A stretch of DNA of 64,000 bases, from the NCBI GenBank assembly GCA_002708695.1, contig PAOZ01000012.1, forward strand, positions 4,280 to 68,279. The letters run 5' to 3'. The stretch is from Methanobacteriota archaeon (lineage in GTDB: Archaea > Thermoplasmatota > Poseidoniia > Poseidoniales > Thalassarchaeaceae). This document shows, piece after piece, positions 9,336-23,316 of the stretch. Every line of letters begins with the position of its first letter. Position 1 is the stretch's first letter. Made by a program: the position numbers and the translations under genes. The notes below the pieces were generated by a model that was not told the origin of the DNA, did no database searches, and saw nothing but the letters and a program-made list of their open reading frames with translations.

Positions 9336-10178
9336 ATGAAATCACTTCTCGGAGAACGAAAGTCAATTGTCGAGAAGAAAACTAATTCTTCTAAGGAAGA
9401 ACGTAATCGACAAAACGATGAAGTCAAGCGGTGGGTTGAGACTAGAAAAGGAATTCAAGATACGATACGGCAACTCATGGATGAGATGGATAGACAACAG
9501 GAAATCAGAGAATCTGAAAATAATAAAGTCAAGGAATTAAAAATTATTCGTGAACAAAAAACAAAGGATATGCAGGAAATTCGCAAAGAATTTTTTTCTC
9601 ACGTAGATAGCAAACGTATAGAGCAACGGAAAAAAACTAGAGGAATTTCAAGTATCAAAGAAGAAATGAGGAAACTTGAATTCAAACATATGACAAAAAA
9701 AATCAGTGATGAGAAATTCGAAGAACAAAGAAAAAAACTGAAGGAAGAATTGAAAGATGCCGATGGAAGCAAAATTGTTGACCTTGGTGGACCTTCTGAA
9801 CTTCGAGAAAAATTAAAAATTGCAGAATCCGAACAAGAAGCCGCACACTCAGCAGTTGATGCTGCTGCCGTAGTTGCTCAATCTGCTCACGATTTAATGC
9901 ATGAAATAAGAACAGAAGTGTCTCGATTGAAGGATGAACATTCTGATGCTCATCGTAAAGTCGAAAAATTCCGAAGAATAGCTGATAAACATCATAAAAA
10001 ATTCTTAGTGGGCATGAGATGCATACAATCAATCGATGGAATACTAAATTCGACTACAGATGATTTGGGCTCTGTGGAAGACGCAGCAAGTGTAGAAGCT
10101 CGAGATTTGATGGATTTACTTATGTCAGGAGAAACTCTTGGCCTTGAGGATTTGATGGCATTCCAAAGAAATAATTAG
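9336..10178 (+). CDS. Archaeal coiled-coil protein (COG1340-like)
   Basis: Coiled coil with the C-terminal motif 'LMSGETLGLEDLMAFQ'. The ATG at 9336 is preceded by GGGTGATC (Shine-Dalgarno-like); the ORF track begins at a TTG at 9324. Confidence 0.65.
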   Translation: MKSLLGERKSIVEKKTNSSKEERNRQNDEVKRWVETRKGIQDTIRQLMDEMDRQQEIRESENNKVKELKIIREQKTKDMQEIRKEFFSHVDSKRIEQRKKTRGISSIKEEMRKLEFKHMTKKISDEKFEEQRKKLKEELKDADGSKIVDLGGPSELREKLKIAESEQEAAHSAVDAAAVVAQSAHDLMHEIRTEVSRLKDEHSDAHRKVEKFRRIADKHHKKFLVGMRCIQSIDGILNSTTDDLGSVEDAASVEARDLMDLLMSGETLGLEDLMAFQRNN

Positions 10179-10186
10179 GTGAGTAA

Positions 10187-11344
10187 ATGATTTCTCAGGA
10201 AGATATTGGAGAAATTCTCGAAGATTACGACCAATTGAAACTAAGAATCGGGATGACTGCCAGCCATAGTGCTCTAGACATATGCGATGGAGCGATAGAG
10301 GAAGGATTCCCTACAGTTGCTTACTGTCAATCAGGTAGAGAAAAGTTGTATTCAGAATATTTTCGAACTCAACGATCTTCATCAGGGCGCGTAAAAAGAG
10401 GCATGGTAGACAAAGCAGTTACTCTAGAACGATTTGATAGTATACTAGCACCAGAATTTCAGTCAGCAATGCAAGATAGAAATATGATTTTCATTCCTAA
10501 TCGAGCATTCACCTCATACTGCGATATTGACGCAATAGAAAATAGTTTCAGGATCCCTATGTTTGGTTCTAGATCAATGCTTAGAATGGAAGAAAGAACG
10601 GAAGAATTCGACTATTATTGGCTGCTTGATAAAGCAGGACTTCCGGCACCTGAACCTATTCACAATCCAGAAGAAATTGATTGTCTAGCCATTGTCAAAC
10701 TTCATCATGCTGAGAAAAAATTAGAAAGAGGATTTTTCACATGTGCATCATACGAAGAATATTTAGAAAAGTCTTCAGAACTTCTTTCTCAAGGAGTAAT
10801 TGATCAAGAAAGTCTCTCAACTGCAAGAATCGAACGCTATGTAATAGGGCCAGTGTTCAATCTCAACTTTTTTTACAGCCCCCTAGAAGAAGAAATGCCT
10901 AAACTAGAACTTCTTGGAGTAGATTGGAGATTTGAAAGTAGTTTGGACGGCCATGTTAGATTACCGGCTCCACAACAAATGACTATGCCAGCACATCAAC
11001 AAATTCCAGAAATGACTGTTGTTGGGCATAATACTGCAACTATTCGGGAAAGTATTCTAGAACGAGCTTTCGAAATTGGAGAGAAATTTGTGAAAGCAAG
11101 TAAGGAGCACTATAATCCTGGAATAATTGGGCCATTTTGTCTTCAAACTTGCATCGATAAAGACATGAATTTTCACATTTATGATGTTGCTCCGAGAATA
11201 GGAGGAGGAACAAATGTACATGTTAATGTTGGTCACCCATACGGAAATGCATTATGGAGAAGACCAATGAGTACTGGACGAAGAATTGCACTAGAAATTC
11301 GTCGAGCAGCAGAACAAGATAGGTTGCTAGAAGTTCTTACCTAA
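10187..11344 (+). CDS. purP: 5-formaminoimidazole-4-carboxamide ribonucleotide (FAICAR) synthetase PurP
   Basis: 'ASHSALDICDGAIEEGFPTVAYCQSGREKLY', 'IPNRAFTSY', 'FGSRSMLRMEER' and 'GPFCLQTCIDKDMNFHIYDVAPRIGGGTN' are characteristic of the archaeal ATP-grasp PurP. AGGTGA precedes the ATG. Confidence 0.85.
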   Translation: MISQEDIGEILEDYDQLKLRIGMTASHSALDICDGAIEEGFPTVAYCQSGREKLYSEYFRTQRSSSGRVKRGMVDKAVTLERFDSILAPEFQSAMQDRNMIFIPNRAFTSYCDIDAIENSFRIPMFGSRSMLRMEERTEEFDYYWLLDKAGLPAPEPIHNPEEIDCLAIVKLHHAEKKLERGFFTCASYEEYLEKSSELLSQGVIDQESLSTARIERYVIGPVFNLNFFYSPLEEEMPKLELLGVDWRFESSLDGHVRLPAPQQMTMPAHQQIPEMTVVGHNTATIRESILERAFEIGEKFVKASKEHYNPGIIGPFCLQTCIDKDMNFHIYDVAPRIGGGTNVHVNVGHPYGNALWRRPMSTGRRIALEIRRAAEQDRLLEVLT

Positions 11345-12311
11345 TTGTTCCTGTAAAGGGATGGAGATTACCAGTTACTGCATTCAATATGTTGTTAGAT
11401 GAATTAGGAATTTCCATAATCCATGCAGGAACTAGAACGGTTACTGATTCTACCTCGGTAGAAGAAGGATCAAGAGACCACGTTCCATGAATCCTAACAG
11501 AGGACAAAGAATCGGGAGAAAATGTCTTCCTAGTTTCAGTGACTCGAGATATATTTTCTAAAACAATATTCTCATCCATCCAAGTCAAAGGTGGAATTAC
11601 ACGTAAATCCGGCCGATGACTAAGAAAAACAGGGTCTTGCAATATCTCAAATGTTTCAAAAATTGGTGATTCTAAAATTCCCCACCAAGCCCTTTCAGTA
11701 TTCGATTCAGGGCCACGAAGCATACCTAAAACACTCCAAATTCTAGCTTCTACAAGTACCGCTGTTGGACGAACATTATTGCCAATCGGGTTTCTCTCTA
11801 TCCATGACTCAAGATTAACCATTGGAGACATTGTACATAAATCATCTTTAATCGATTCAAACCAAGCCGATTCTAAACGAATTTCTTCGACATCTCTTGA
11901 TTCTCTTCTTTCATCAATATCATTTAGACTTGAAACGCTTGCATTTACCTCTCCAGATAAAATTGCTTCACCCAACCAATTTGATAGTTGATCTGGACCC
12001 CAAATCTCAATTTCAACTCCCAATTTCTCAGGGAGCCGAAGATTTTGACTCAACGGACGTTCAGACAATATCCAATGTTGTCCGACAATTGCATCAACTA
12101 TCCAACGATCTAACTCTACACGATCTAAAATTGTCCACCCATCGGGGGCATGCCATACATTTGTATGCAATCTTGCTGGCCCATTATTAAGACCAATAGG
12201 GGGTTCTGAAATCCTTCCCAATGGGCGAATTGAAGGAGTTCCTATTGCTAATGGATTAGATTCTAACACCGCTCCACGGTGCCTCAAGAGCCCTACAATA
12301 AGGTCATCCAT
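11337..12311 (-). CDS. Hypothetical protein (324 aa) in the position normally taken by nusA after rpl30e
   Basis: Long ORF on the same strand directly downstream of rpl30e. No KH or other recognisable motif. Confidence 0.5.
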   Translation of the reverse strand: MDDLIVGLLRHRGAVLESNPLAIGTPSIRPLGRISEPPIGLNNGPARLHTNVWHAPDGWTILDRVELDRWIVDAIVGQHWILSERPLSQNLRLPEKLGVEIEIWGPDQLSNWLGEAILSGEVNASVSSLNDIDERRESRDVEEIRLESAWFESIKDDLCTMSPMVNLESWIERNPIGNNVRPTAVLVEARIWSVLGMLRGPESNTERAWWGILESPIFETFEILQDPVFLSHRPDLRVIPPLTWMDENIVLENISRVTETRKTFSPDSLSSVRIHGTWSLDPSSTEVESVTVLVPAWIMEIPNSSNNILNAVTGNLHPFTGTIR

Positions 12312-12363
12312 TGTATGTCGAGATACAAATTAGGCCTTCAACCGATTGGTGCGTAAGAACACA

Positions 12364-12663
12364 TCATTCTACATTTGGACGTAGAGTAAGCAAATCCGAA
12401 TCACCAGCATCAACTATACATATCGAACTTATCGCAAAAGGCTTTGCACATGCTGCGCCTAACTCTCGATTTACCATCTCTACTTGATGAATAGGAACAT
12501 CAGGATGTCTAGATTTCAAATCGCTAATAAAATCAGAAGGACAATTTGCAGCTAAAATAACCATTCTAGCTTTACCTGAAACGCAGTTGGCCATTGTCTG
12601 ATTTTGTCCGAACAGTAAGGAACCACTCGAAATTGCATTCTTTAATTGTCTTGGTAAATCCAT
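12364..12663 (-). CDS. rpl30e: 50S ribosomal protein L30e
   Basis: 99 aa. 'LKNAISSGSLLFGQNQT...GKARMVILAANCP...VPIHQV..NRELGAACAKPFAISSICIVDAGDSDL' matches L30e/L7Ae-fold L30e. It sits in the canonical position after rpoA''. Confidence 0.9.
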   Translation of the reverse strand: MDLPRQLKNAISSGSLLFGQNQTMANCVSGKARMVILAANCPSDFISDLKSRHPDVPIHQVEMVNRELGAACAKPFAISSICIVDAGDSDLLTLRPNVE

Positions 12664-12709
12664 TTTATCATATCTCCATTCTCTGCTTATAGCGTCTCAT
12701 GGCCTACTC

Positions 12710-17378
<4,669 letters not shown>

Positions 17379-17382
<4 letters not shown>

Positions 17383-20300
17383 CTGCGGTCCTCCAGTTCA
17401 ATTCTCATAGCAACCCCGAGAGATTTCATCTCATCGAGAAGTAGTTTGAATGCATAGGAAGTCTGTATTGTGTGAACATCTGCACGATCCCCACATACTG
17501 GACAAACAGTGGCTTTACGATTCCAATCATAGTATGCAGCATGACCACATCCAGTATTATTACAGACCATCATGTCCCAACCATCGCTCTCATCAAGTAA
17601 TCTATCTTTAATGACCATTGAAGCACCATGCGCAATCAAACAATCACGTTCCATCTCTCCAAATCTGAGTCCACCTTGACGTGCTCTACCTTCTGTAGGT
17701 TGTCGAGTCAAAATCTGGACACGCCCACGACTTCTAGCATGTAATTTACCACTTACCATATGATGTAATTTCTGATAATAAATGACACCTGCAAATATTT
17801 CTACCGGATATTGTTCTCCGGTTTCTCCATTAATCATTATTTCACGACCAGTATGAGCAAGCCCATTTCGTACAAGAGCCTCTCTCAGAGAGTCTTCTTT
17901 CTCTCCATTAAATGCAGTTCCATCAATCTGACGTCCTTCCATAGCACCAACTTTGCCTCCAATCATTTCCAAAACATGAGCAACTGTCATTCTTGAAGGA
18001 ATTGCGTGAGGATTCATCAAAACATCTGGAACTACTCCGGAACTTGTAAATGGCATATCTTGAGGTTCAATTAATCTGCCAATAACTCCCTTCTGACCGT
18101 GCCTTGATGCAAACTTATCTCCAAGTTCAGGGATTCGGTTGGTTCGTAAAGTTAAACGAACCATCATCCCTGAATCTAAACTCTCAGTGACAAACACATT
18201 GTCCACAAATCCCTTCTCCCCATTACGAACAGTCATCGAAGATTCTCTTCTCTCAGGAGCTGCGAAGAAAGCGCCTCCAGCATTTTCTTCAAGGAAACGA
18301 GGTGGGCTTGTCTTTCCAACAAGCACCTCTCCGCTATCCAAATATTTTTCAGGAATTGGTAATCCATCTTCTTCAAGATGCTCGTATAATTCTATAGGTT
18401 TCAATCCCTTAACTTCATGGTTTGGATCGTTTCCAGGAATTTGAATTGTTTCTTCAAGACCACCAGGGAAACGACGGTTTTCAGCATTATATGTTCGAAC
18501 GAAAGTAGAACGGCCTAGAGCTCTTTGAACACTCGCCTTATTCATAATTACAGCATCCTGCATATTGTATCCATGATGTGAAAGAACTGCTACTACAAAA
18601 TTCTGACCGCCAGGTCGGCGTAAGAAATTGGTTTGATGCATCGCTCTTGTTCGAGTCATAGACTGTTGTGGATAATGCAAAATGTGTAACCGAGTGTCGG
18701 GGCGAAGTCGGTAATTAGCACTAGGTAGACCTAATGCTTGCTTAACCATTGCAGTTCCTCCTGTAACTCGCGGAGTTGAATTGTGTTCAGGATATGGGAC
18801 TAAACTAGCACAAACACCAAGAATTAATTGAGGATCAATTTCAACGTGAGTGTAACATAAAACAGTTCCAGCTTTCTTTTGCTTCTTCTTTAAACTATCA
18901 AAATCAGGCTGATAGAAATTAAGCGGTACTTCAAACTCCTCAATATCTTTATCTCCGTTTGGCATAATTATCTCTGCACGTAATTTAGCATGTGTTTGGT
19001 CTGGTTCTCCCAAGTTTACCCATTCTATTGTTGCAGGATTCAATGGCCTGTTGTGCTTTGGGCTTCGAGCAGGAAGATCATATGGTCGAGGAGCGATCAA
19101 CAAATCTTCTTCTTCTTCAGCATCAACCCATTCAACTACTCCTTCCCAAACTAGTTCCTTGAAACTCATCTCACGAGACTGTAAACGTTCAAGATGAACC
19201 TTTTGAAGATTTAATTGTCCGCCTTCTAGTACCAGTAAGGGACGCAAAATTCGTCCCTTATCCGTATTGATAAATACATCTTTGTTGATGGAATCGTGTC
19301 GAATTGAAACTTCAGGCTTGATTTTTCCACTTCTTCTTCTAGCCTTCAACCTAGCAACTAAACGATGAGCGTCCTTATGAAGGCCGAAAATATCACCATT
19401 AACATGGATTCTAGAACCTTCTGCCCAACCATCAGGAGAAGAATCTACACCAGCTTCTGATAACATTCCTTTAATCTCATCCTCAGGGACATTTTCACTA
19501 ACATCAATCATCTGTGCGGCATTCTTTACTAAACCACAATTTTGTCCTTCTGGAGTCTCATTAGGACATAATCTCCCCCAATGAGTGGGATGTAAATCTC
19601 GTGCCTCAAAGTGAGGTTGACTCCTAACTAGAGGGCTAGTAACCCTTCGCATATGGGAAAGTGCGGCTAAATATGTAGTTCGATCAAGTAATTGACTGAC
19701 TCCACTCCTGCTACTAACCCAATTACCAGTAGCAAGTGCATGCATGATTTTCGAAGTCAAAACATCAGGACGAAGGCAAGAACTAATCTTTAGGTCTCTC
19801 TTCCTATTGTGGTGTCTTTCCAATTGATATTTCAAATCTCTAGCCAATTGTTGGAGACTGACTCGGAAAAGATCCTCCATCAAATCTCCAGCAAGACGAA
19901 CTCTTTTGTTTGCATAATGGTCCTTATCGTTAGCTTCACGATCTGTAACTGCCATCTCAAGAACTTGACGAACAACACGTCCAAGGAAAACAGACTTCTT
20001 CCTTCGACTCTCTGGAGTTTCACCCAAGTGGGGAAGAAGTTCCTTGTCCAACATATTTTGGATTCTTTGCTCACGATACTCTTTCTGCTGGCCCGCTGCG
20101 AACTTTTTCTCTAACCATGCTAGAGCTTCCTCTGTTGTGTGAACTTCATATTCGTTATTATCCTTGATTTCGTTAATATTCGCTACTGTATATTTCATAG
20201 TCTCTACAGGACCAGCAATAGCTTGGAAAATCTCTGCATCATTGTCTACTCCAAGAGCACGCATTAACAACACAACAGGAACTGCAGTACTTCCCGCAGA

Positions 20301-21065
20301 TGGAATCTTAGCCATCAGCATACCGTCTCGACGTTTCTCAACATTCAATGGTTTTCTAGCTCCATCGCGTTGGGAGAAAATCTTAGCAACTTCTGTTTCA
20401 TAAGTATATTTTTTATTCTTTTCAACAGTTACTCTATTAGGGGCAAGATCTTCCATAGAAATTAGAACTCGTTCTGTCCCATTTATGATAAAATATCCAC
20501 CTGGATCTAAAGGATCTTCTCCATACTTCTCCAATAATCTGTGGTATCTGTTTCTATCTTCATCAGACGTTTCAAGATTCAATTTTCCAGATTGGCCGTC
20601 GGCGGTTCCGATATTTTTAGCGTGAAGATTACAAATCTCAGAACGAACCATAATCGGTAAATTTCCTATATGGACTTCTAACTCTTCTTGTGGAGAAGGC
20701 ATATCATCACGGAATATAGTAAAATCTAGTTTAAGTGGACTCATGTAAGTTAATTTACGAATCCTACATTGAACAGGTGTGGATTCGTGAATCGAACCGT
20801 TAGCTTCTCTAATTACTGGCTTTCCAAGTTTAATATTCTTAATTCTAACCTTGATATCCTTGTCCAAAACGTCTAGAGCAATAATCCCTCCAAGACCATC
20901 GTCCATTATTTCATCAGTTCCTACTCTTATATTTCGAACAATATTCTCCATTCGGTTCATTCTTACTTCTGAACCATCTCCCGACGGAATACAATCGTCA
21001 TATGAAGCCAACTGGTGATTTACCAAACTTCGTTGATTAAAATATGCTTCAATAATTTCCTTCAC
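17379..21065 (-). CDS. rpoB: DNA-directed RNA polymerase subunit B (unsplit)
   Basis: 'GDKFASRHGQKGV', 'PEGQNCGLVKN', 'LRFGEMERDCLIAHGA' and a C-terminal Zn ribbon 'CNNTGCGH...CPVCG'. GTG start preceded by GGAGGTG. A single 1228-aa ORF. Confidence 0.95.
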
Positions 21066-21077
21066 ACCAACACCTCC

Positions 21078-21662
21078 TCAATGAGCCTCTACAATTAGCC
21101 TGTATGCAATAGCTGAACCTGCTGAACGACTATATCGAACGACCTTTACAACACGATTAGTCAACCAACCTGCAGGAAGACCTTCAACAACGGATTCTTC
21201 CATTTCTTTCAATACTTGAACAGCAGGATCATTAATCAGAATCTTAGGAAGTCTTTCCTTAGCAATTCTTGCATTACCCTCAGCATCAATAGTCATTAAT
21301 CCCCATGGAGAAAGGACATGTTCTTCTTCATCCACTGGGACCAATTCATGATGAGGTACTAATTCATGATTAAGAATATTAAATCGGTCACCGTGACTTG
21401 GAATCTCCTCATCATCGAGTTTCTGACTAATTGTTCTCTTAACAGATCTAGACTTTCTATTTCGCGTTGGTTGCTGACGTAAAATAGACATGTAATTCTC
21501 AATAGTTGGATCTTCTACCTTTAGTCCTAGGCGTTCAGCTAATTCTTCAGAACTGAGCATTTTTAATTGGCTCAAATTTGTATCATTGGCCATCGCCGAA
21601 GCATGATCTTCGGTGACCCCAAGTTCGATTAATTTCTTCTTCGTGGAACTCTTAACCGCCAT
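21078..21662 (-). CDS. rpoH: DNA-directed RNA polymerase subunit H (Rpb5 homologue) with about 95-aa N-terminal extension
   Basis: The C-terminal region of about 95 aa, 'HELVPHHELVPVDEEEHVLSPWGL...LPKILINDPAVQVL...VVKVVRYSRSAGSAIAYRLIV', matches RpoH/Rpb5-C. It is the first gene of the rpo operon. The N-terminal 'VKSSTKKKLIELGVTEDHASAMAND' module is extra. Confidence 0.85.
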   Translation of the reverse strand: MAVKSSTKKKLIELGVTEDHASAMANDTNLSQLKMLSSEELAERLGLKVEDPTIENYMSILRQQPTRNRKSRSVKRTISQKLDDEEIPSHGDRFNILNHELVPHHELVPVDEEEHVLSPWGLMTIDAEGNARIAKERLPKILINDPAVQVLKEMEESVVEGLPAGWLTNRVVKVVRYSRSAGSAIAYRLIVEAH

Positions 21663-21713
21663 TTTTGCACACCCTAAAACCCACGAAAACCATGAGCCTG
21701 ATGCAAAGTCAGG

Positions 21714-21787
21714 CGGGCCTGAGGGGATTTGAACCCCCGGCCAACGGATTAAAAGTCCGTCGCTCTACCTGGCTAAGCTACAGGCCC
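21714..21787 (-). tRNA. tRNA-Lys (anticodon UUU)
   Basis: Reverse complement: GGGCCTG-TA-GCTT-AGCCAGGTA-GAGC-G-ACGGA-CTTTTAA-TCCGT-TGGCC-GGGGG-TTCAAAT-CCCCT-CAGGCCC-G. It folds into a full cloverleaf with a 7-bp acceptor stem, TTCAAAT T-loop and TTT anticodon. No intron, and CCA is not encoded. Confidence 0.9.
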
Positions 21788-21885
21788 ATGGCTAATGCTG
21801 GGCCTCCTGCGGACCGAGGGGGTGTTCATAAATCCCTCGGTTCCTACATCGGCCCATACACAACCATCCCTCAACACAGGTGTTC

Positions 21886-23316
21886 ATGAACCCTACCTTC
21901 AAGAATGAAATTATGGGAATTGAGCCGGAGAGAGAAATGGAAATTTCTCAAGATGTGGCTTCAAAGGTAATTTGGATTGATTCAATGGGAAAAGAAAGAG
22001 AATTTATCGTACCTCCTACTGTATATCCCCCCCGTGAAGATTCTACTATGTTACATCGTGCGCTTTCTAGAATAAAGGGAGCACCAGGGCGACTTCTTGA
22101 GATTGGAACTGGGAGTGGAGCAATTGGAATATCTATGGCAGAAATCGGATGGGAAGTATGTGGAATTGATATCAATCCACTTGCAATAGTTTCTGCAAGA
22201 GGGAATCATCAAAATAAAGGAATATTTGAAACAAAAGAAATAGATATCGAAGACATTGGAGATGATTTTGAAAAATCATGGGATGTAATAACTTGGAATA
22301 CCCCCTATTTGCATACTCCAAAGGATGAAAATGAACGGTTAGGACCATTAGAAGAAGCCGCATTATCATGGGAAGGAAAACATCCCATTAAACGACTTTT
22401 AGATCTTGCAAATATCCCTGGTATGCTAAAAAGAAAGGGATGTATTATTGCATTAATTTCCTCAAGTATAGAAACCAATCAAGAGTTGAGTGCTGCCACT
22501 GCACAAGGGTGGTCAATTAGGACATTAGAAACAAGATCAGAAGGTGGAGAAAGAACTGCAGTAATTGCTTTATGGAAAGGATGGGAATGGGCCCCAATAA
22601 GACAAAAAACAGTGGAATCAACAATGACAATTTTGGATAGCAAACATAGCACAGGAAAATGCATTATTTCTGAAGAACAAACTGCAGGATATGGAAGAAA
22701 TAATTCCTCATGGATTTCTCAAAAAGGAGACCTAACAGCTACGTGGAAAATTTGTGGACCATTACCTCCAAAATTGGACATTCAATCCATCCATATGGCT
22801 GCTTCCATAGCACTAGTAAATGCAATTAGTACATGGAAGGGAGAAGGACTAGAATTAACAAATTGGAGTCACCCTGATTCCATAGATTATGCAATAAAAT
22901 GGCCCAACGACATAATCTGTTGCTCTAGTAATTCAAAAGTAGCAGGAATATTGTTACATGCAGAATCAAAGGGAGAAGAAATTTGGATAAATTGTGGCAT
23001 AGGAATAAATTCTACAGCCAGAACTGTTGATGGGGAAATCAGACAGGGTGTTTCAGAATCAGGCCTAGAAGGTCTAGAAAAACACATACATAATCATCTT
23101 TCATCATGGTTTGAAAATCATGAAAAAGTGCCTGACGTAGATAAAAAATATCTCCATAAAAGGTGGTGGAATGCTGCTTCAAATTCAAAAATAATTGGTC
23201 AAAAAAAGAAATATAATGGAGAATATTGTGTTGTATCTAAATTATTAGATAGAGAATTAGAAATTTATACCAAAGAAGGTAAAAAACAAATTTCTGGAAT
23301 AGAAATTGATGACTAA
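21886..23316 (+). CDS. Fusion protein: Mtq2/HemK-like SAM-dependent methyltransferase (N) plus biotin--[acetyl-CoA-carboxylase] ligase BirA catalytic domain (C)
   Basis: N-half: 'VYPPREDSTML', SAM motif 'LLEIGTGSGAIGISMA..VCGIDINPLA' and 'VITWNTPYL' (NPPY variant). C-half: 'EEQTAGYGRNNSSWISQKGDL' (degenerate GRGRxGRxW loop) and 'IKWPNDIICCSSNSKVAGILLHAE...GIGINS'. The ORF track starts at a GTG at 21880. Confidence 0.75.
   Translation: MNPTFKNEIMGIEPEREMEISQDVASKVIWIDSMGKEREFIVPPTVYPPREDSTMLHRALSRIKGAPGRLLEIGTGSGAIGISMAEIGWEVCGIDINPLAIVSARGNHQNKGIFETKEIDIEDIGDDFEKSWDVITWNTPYLHTPKDENERLGPLEEAALSWEGKHPIKRLLDLANIPGMLKRKGCIIALISSSIETNQELSAATAQGWSIRTLETRSEGGERTAVIALWKGWEWAPIRQKTVESTMTILDSKHSTGKCIISEEQTAGYGRNNSSWISQKGDLTATWKICGPLPPKLDIQSIHMAASIALVNAISTWKGEGLELTNWSHPDSIDYAIKWPNDIICCSSNSKVAGILLHAESKGEEIWINCGIGINSTARTVDGEIRQGVSESGLEGLEKHIHNHLSSWFENHEKVPDVDKKYLHKRWWNAASNSKIIGQKKKYNGEYCVVSKLLDRELEIYTKEGKKQISGIEIDD

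Noticed and set aside
21338-21372. Tandem duplication in rpoH giving 'HELVPHHELVP' (CATGAATTAGTACCT / CATGAATTGGTCCCA).
   Set aside because: It is real in the sequence, but it is a small in-frame duplication at the domain boundary. It is probably neutral slippage and not worth a separate finding.
21814-21840. Inverted repeat CCGAGGG-N13-CCCTCGG enclosing a TTTATGAA (TATA-like, minus strand) upstream of tRNA-Lys and of the divergent methyltransferase-BirA gene.
   Set aside because: It could be a regulatory hairpin or operator. However, it is a single 7-bp stem in a 90-bp divergent promoter with no second copy, so the evidence is too weak.
21665-21889. Track ORF of 74 aa on the + strand.
   Set aside because: It is antisense to, and fully covers, the tRNA-Lys gene and the intergenic promoter region. 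Its sequence is low-complexity. Spurious.
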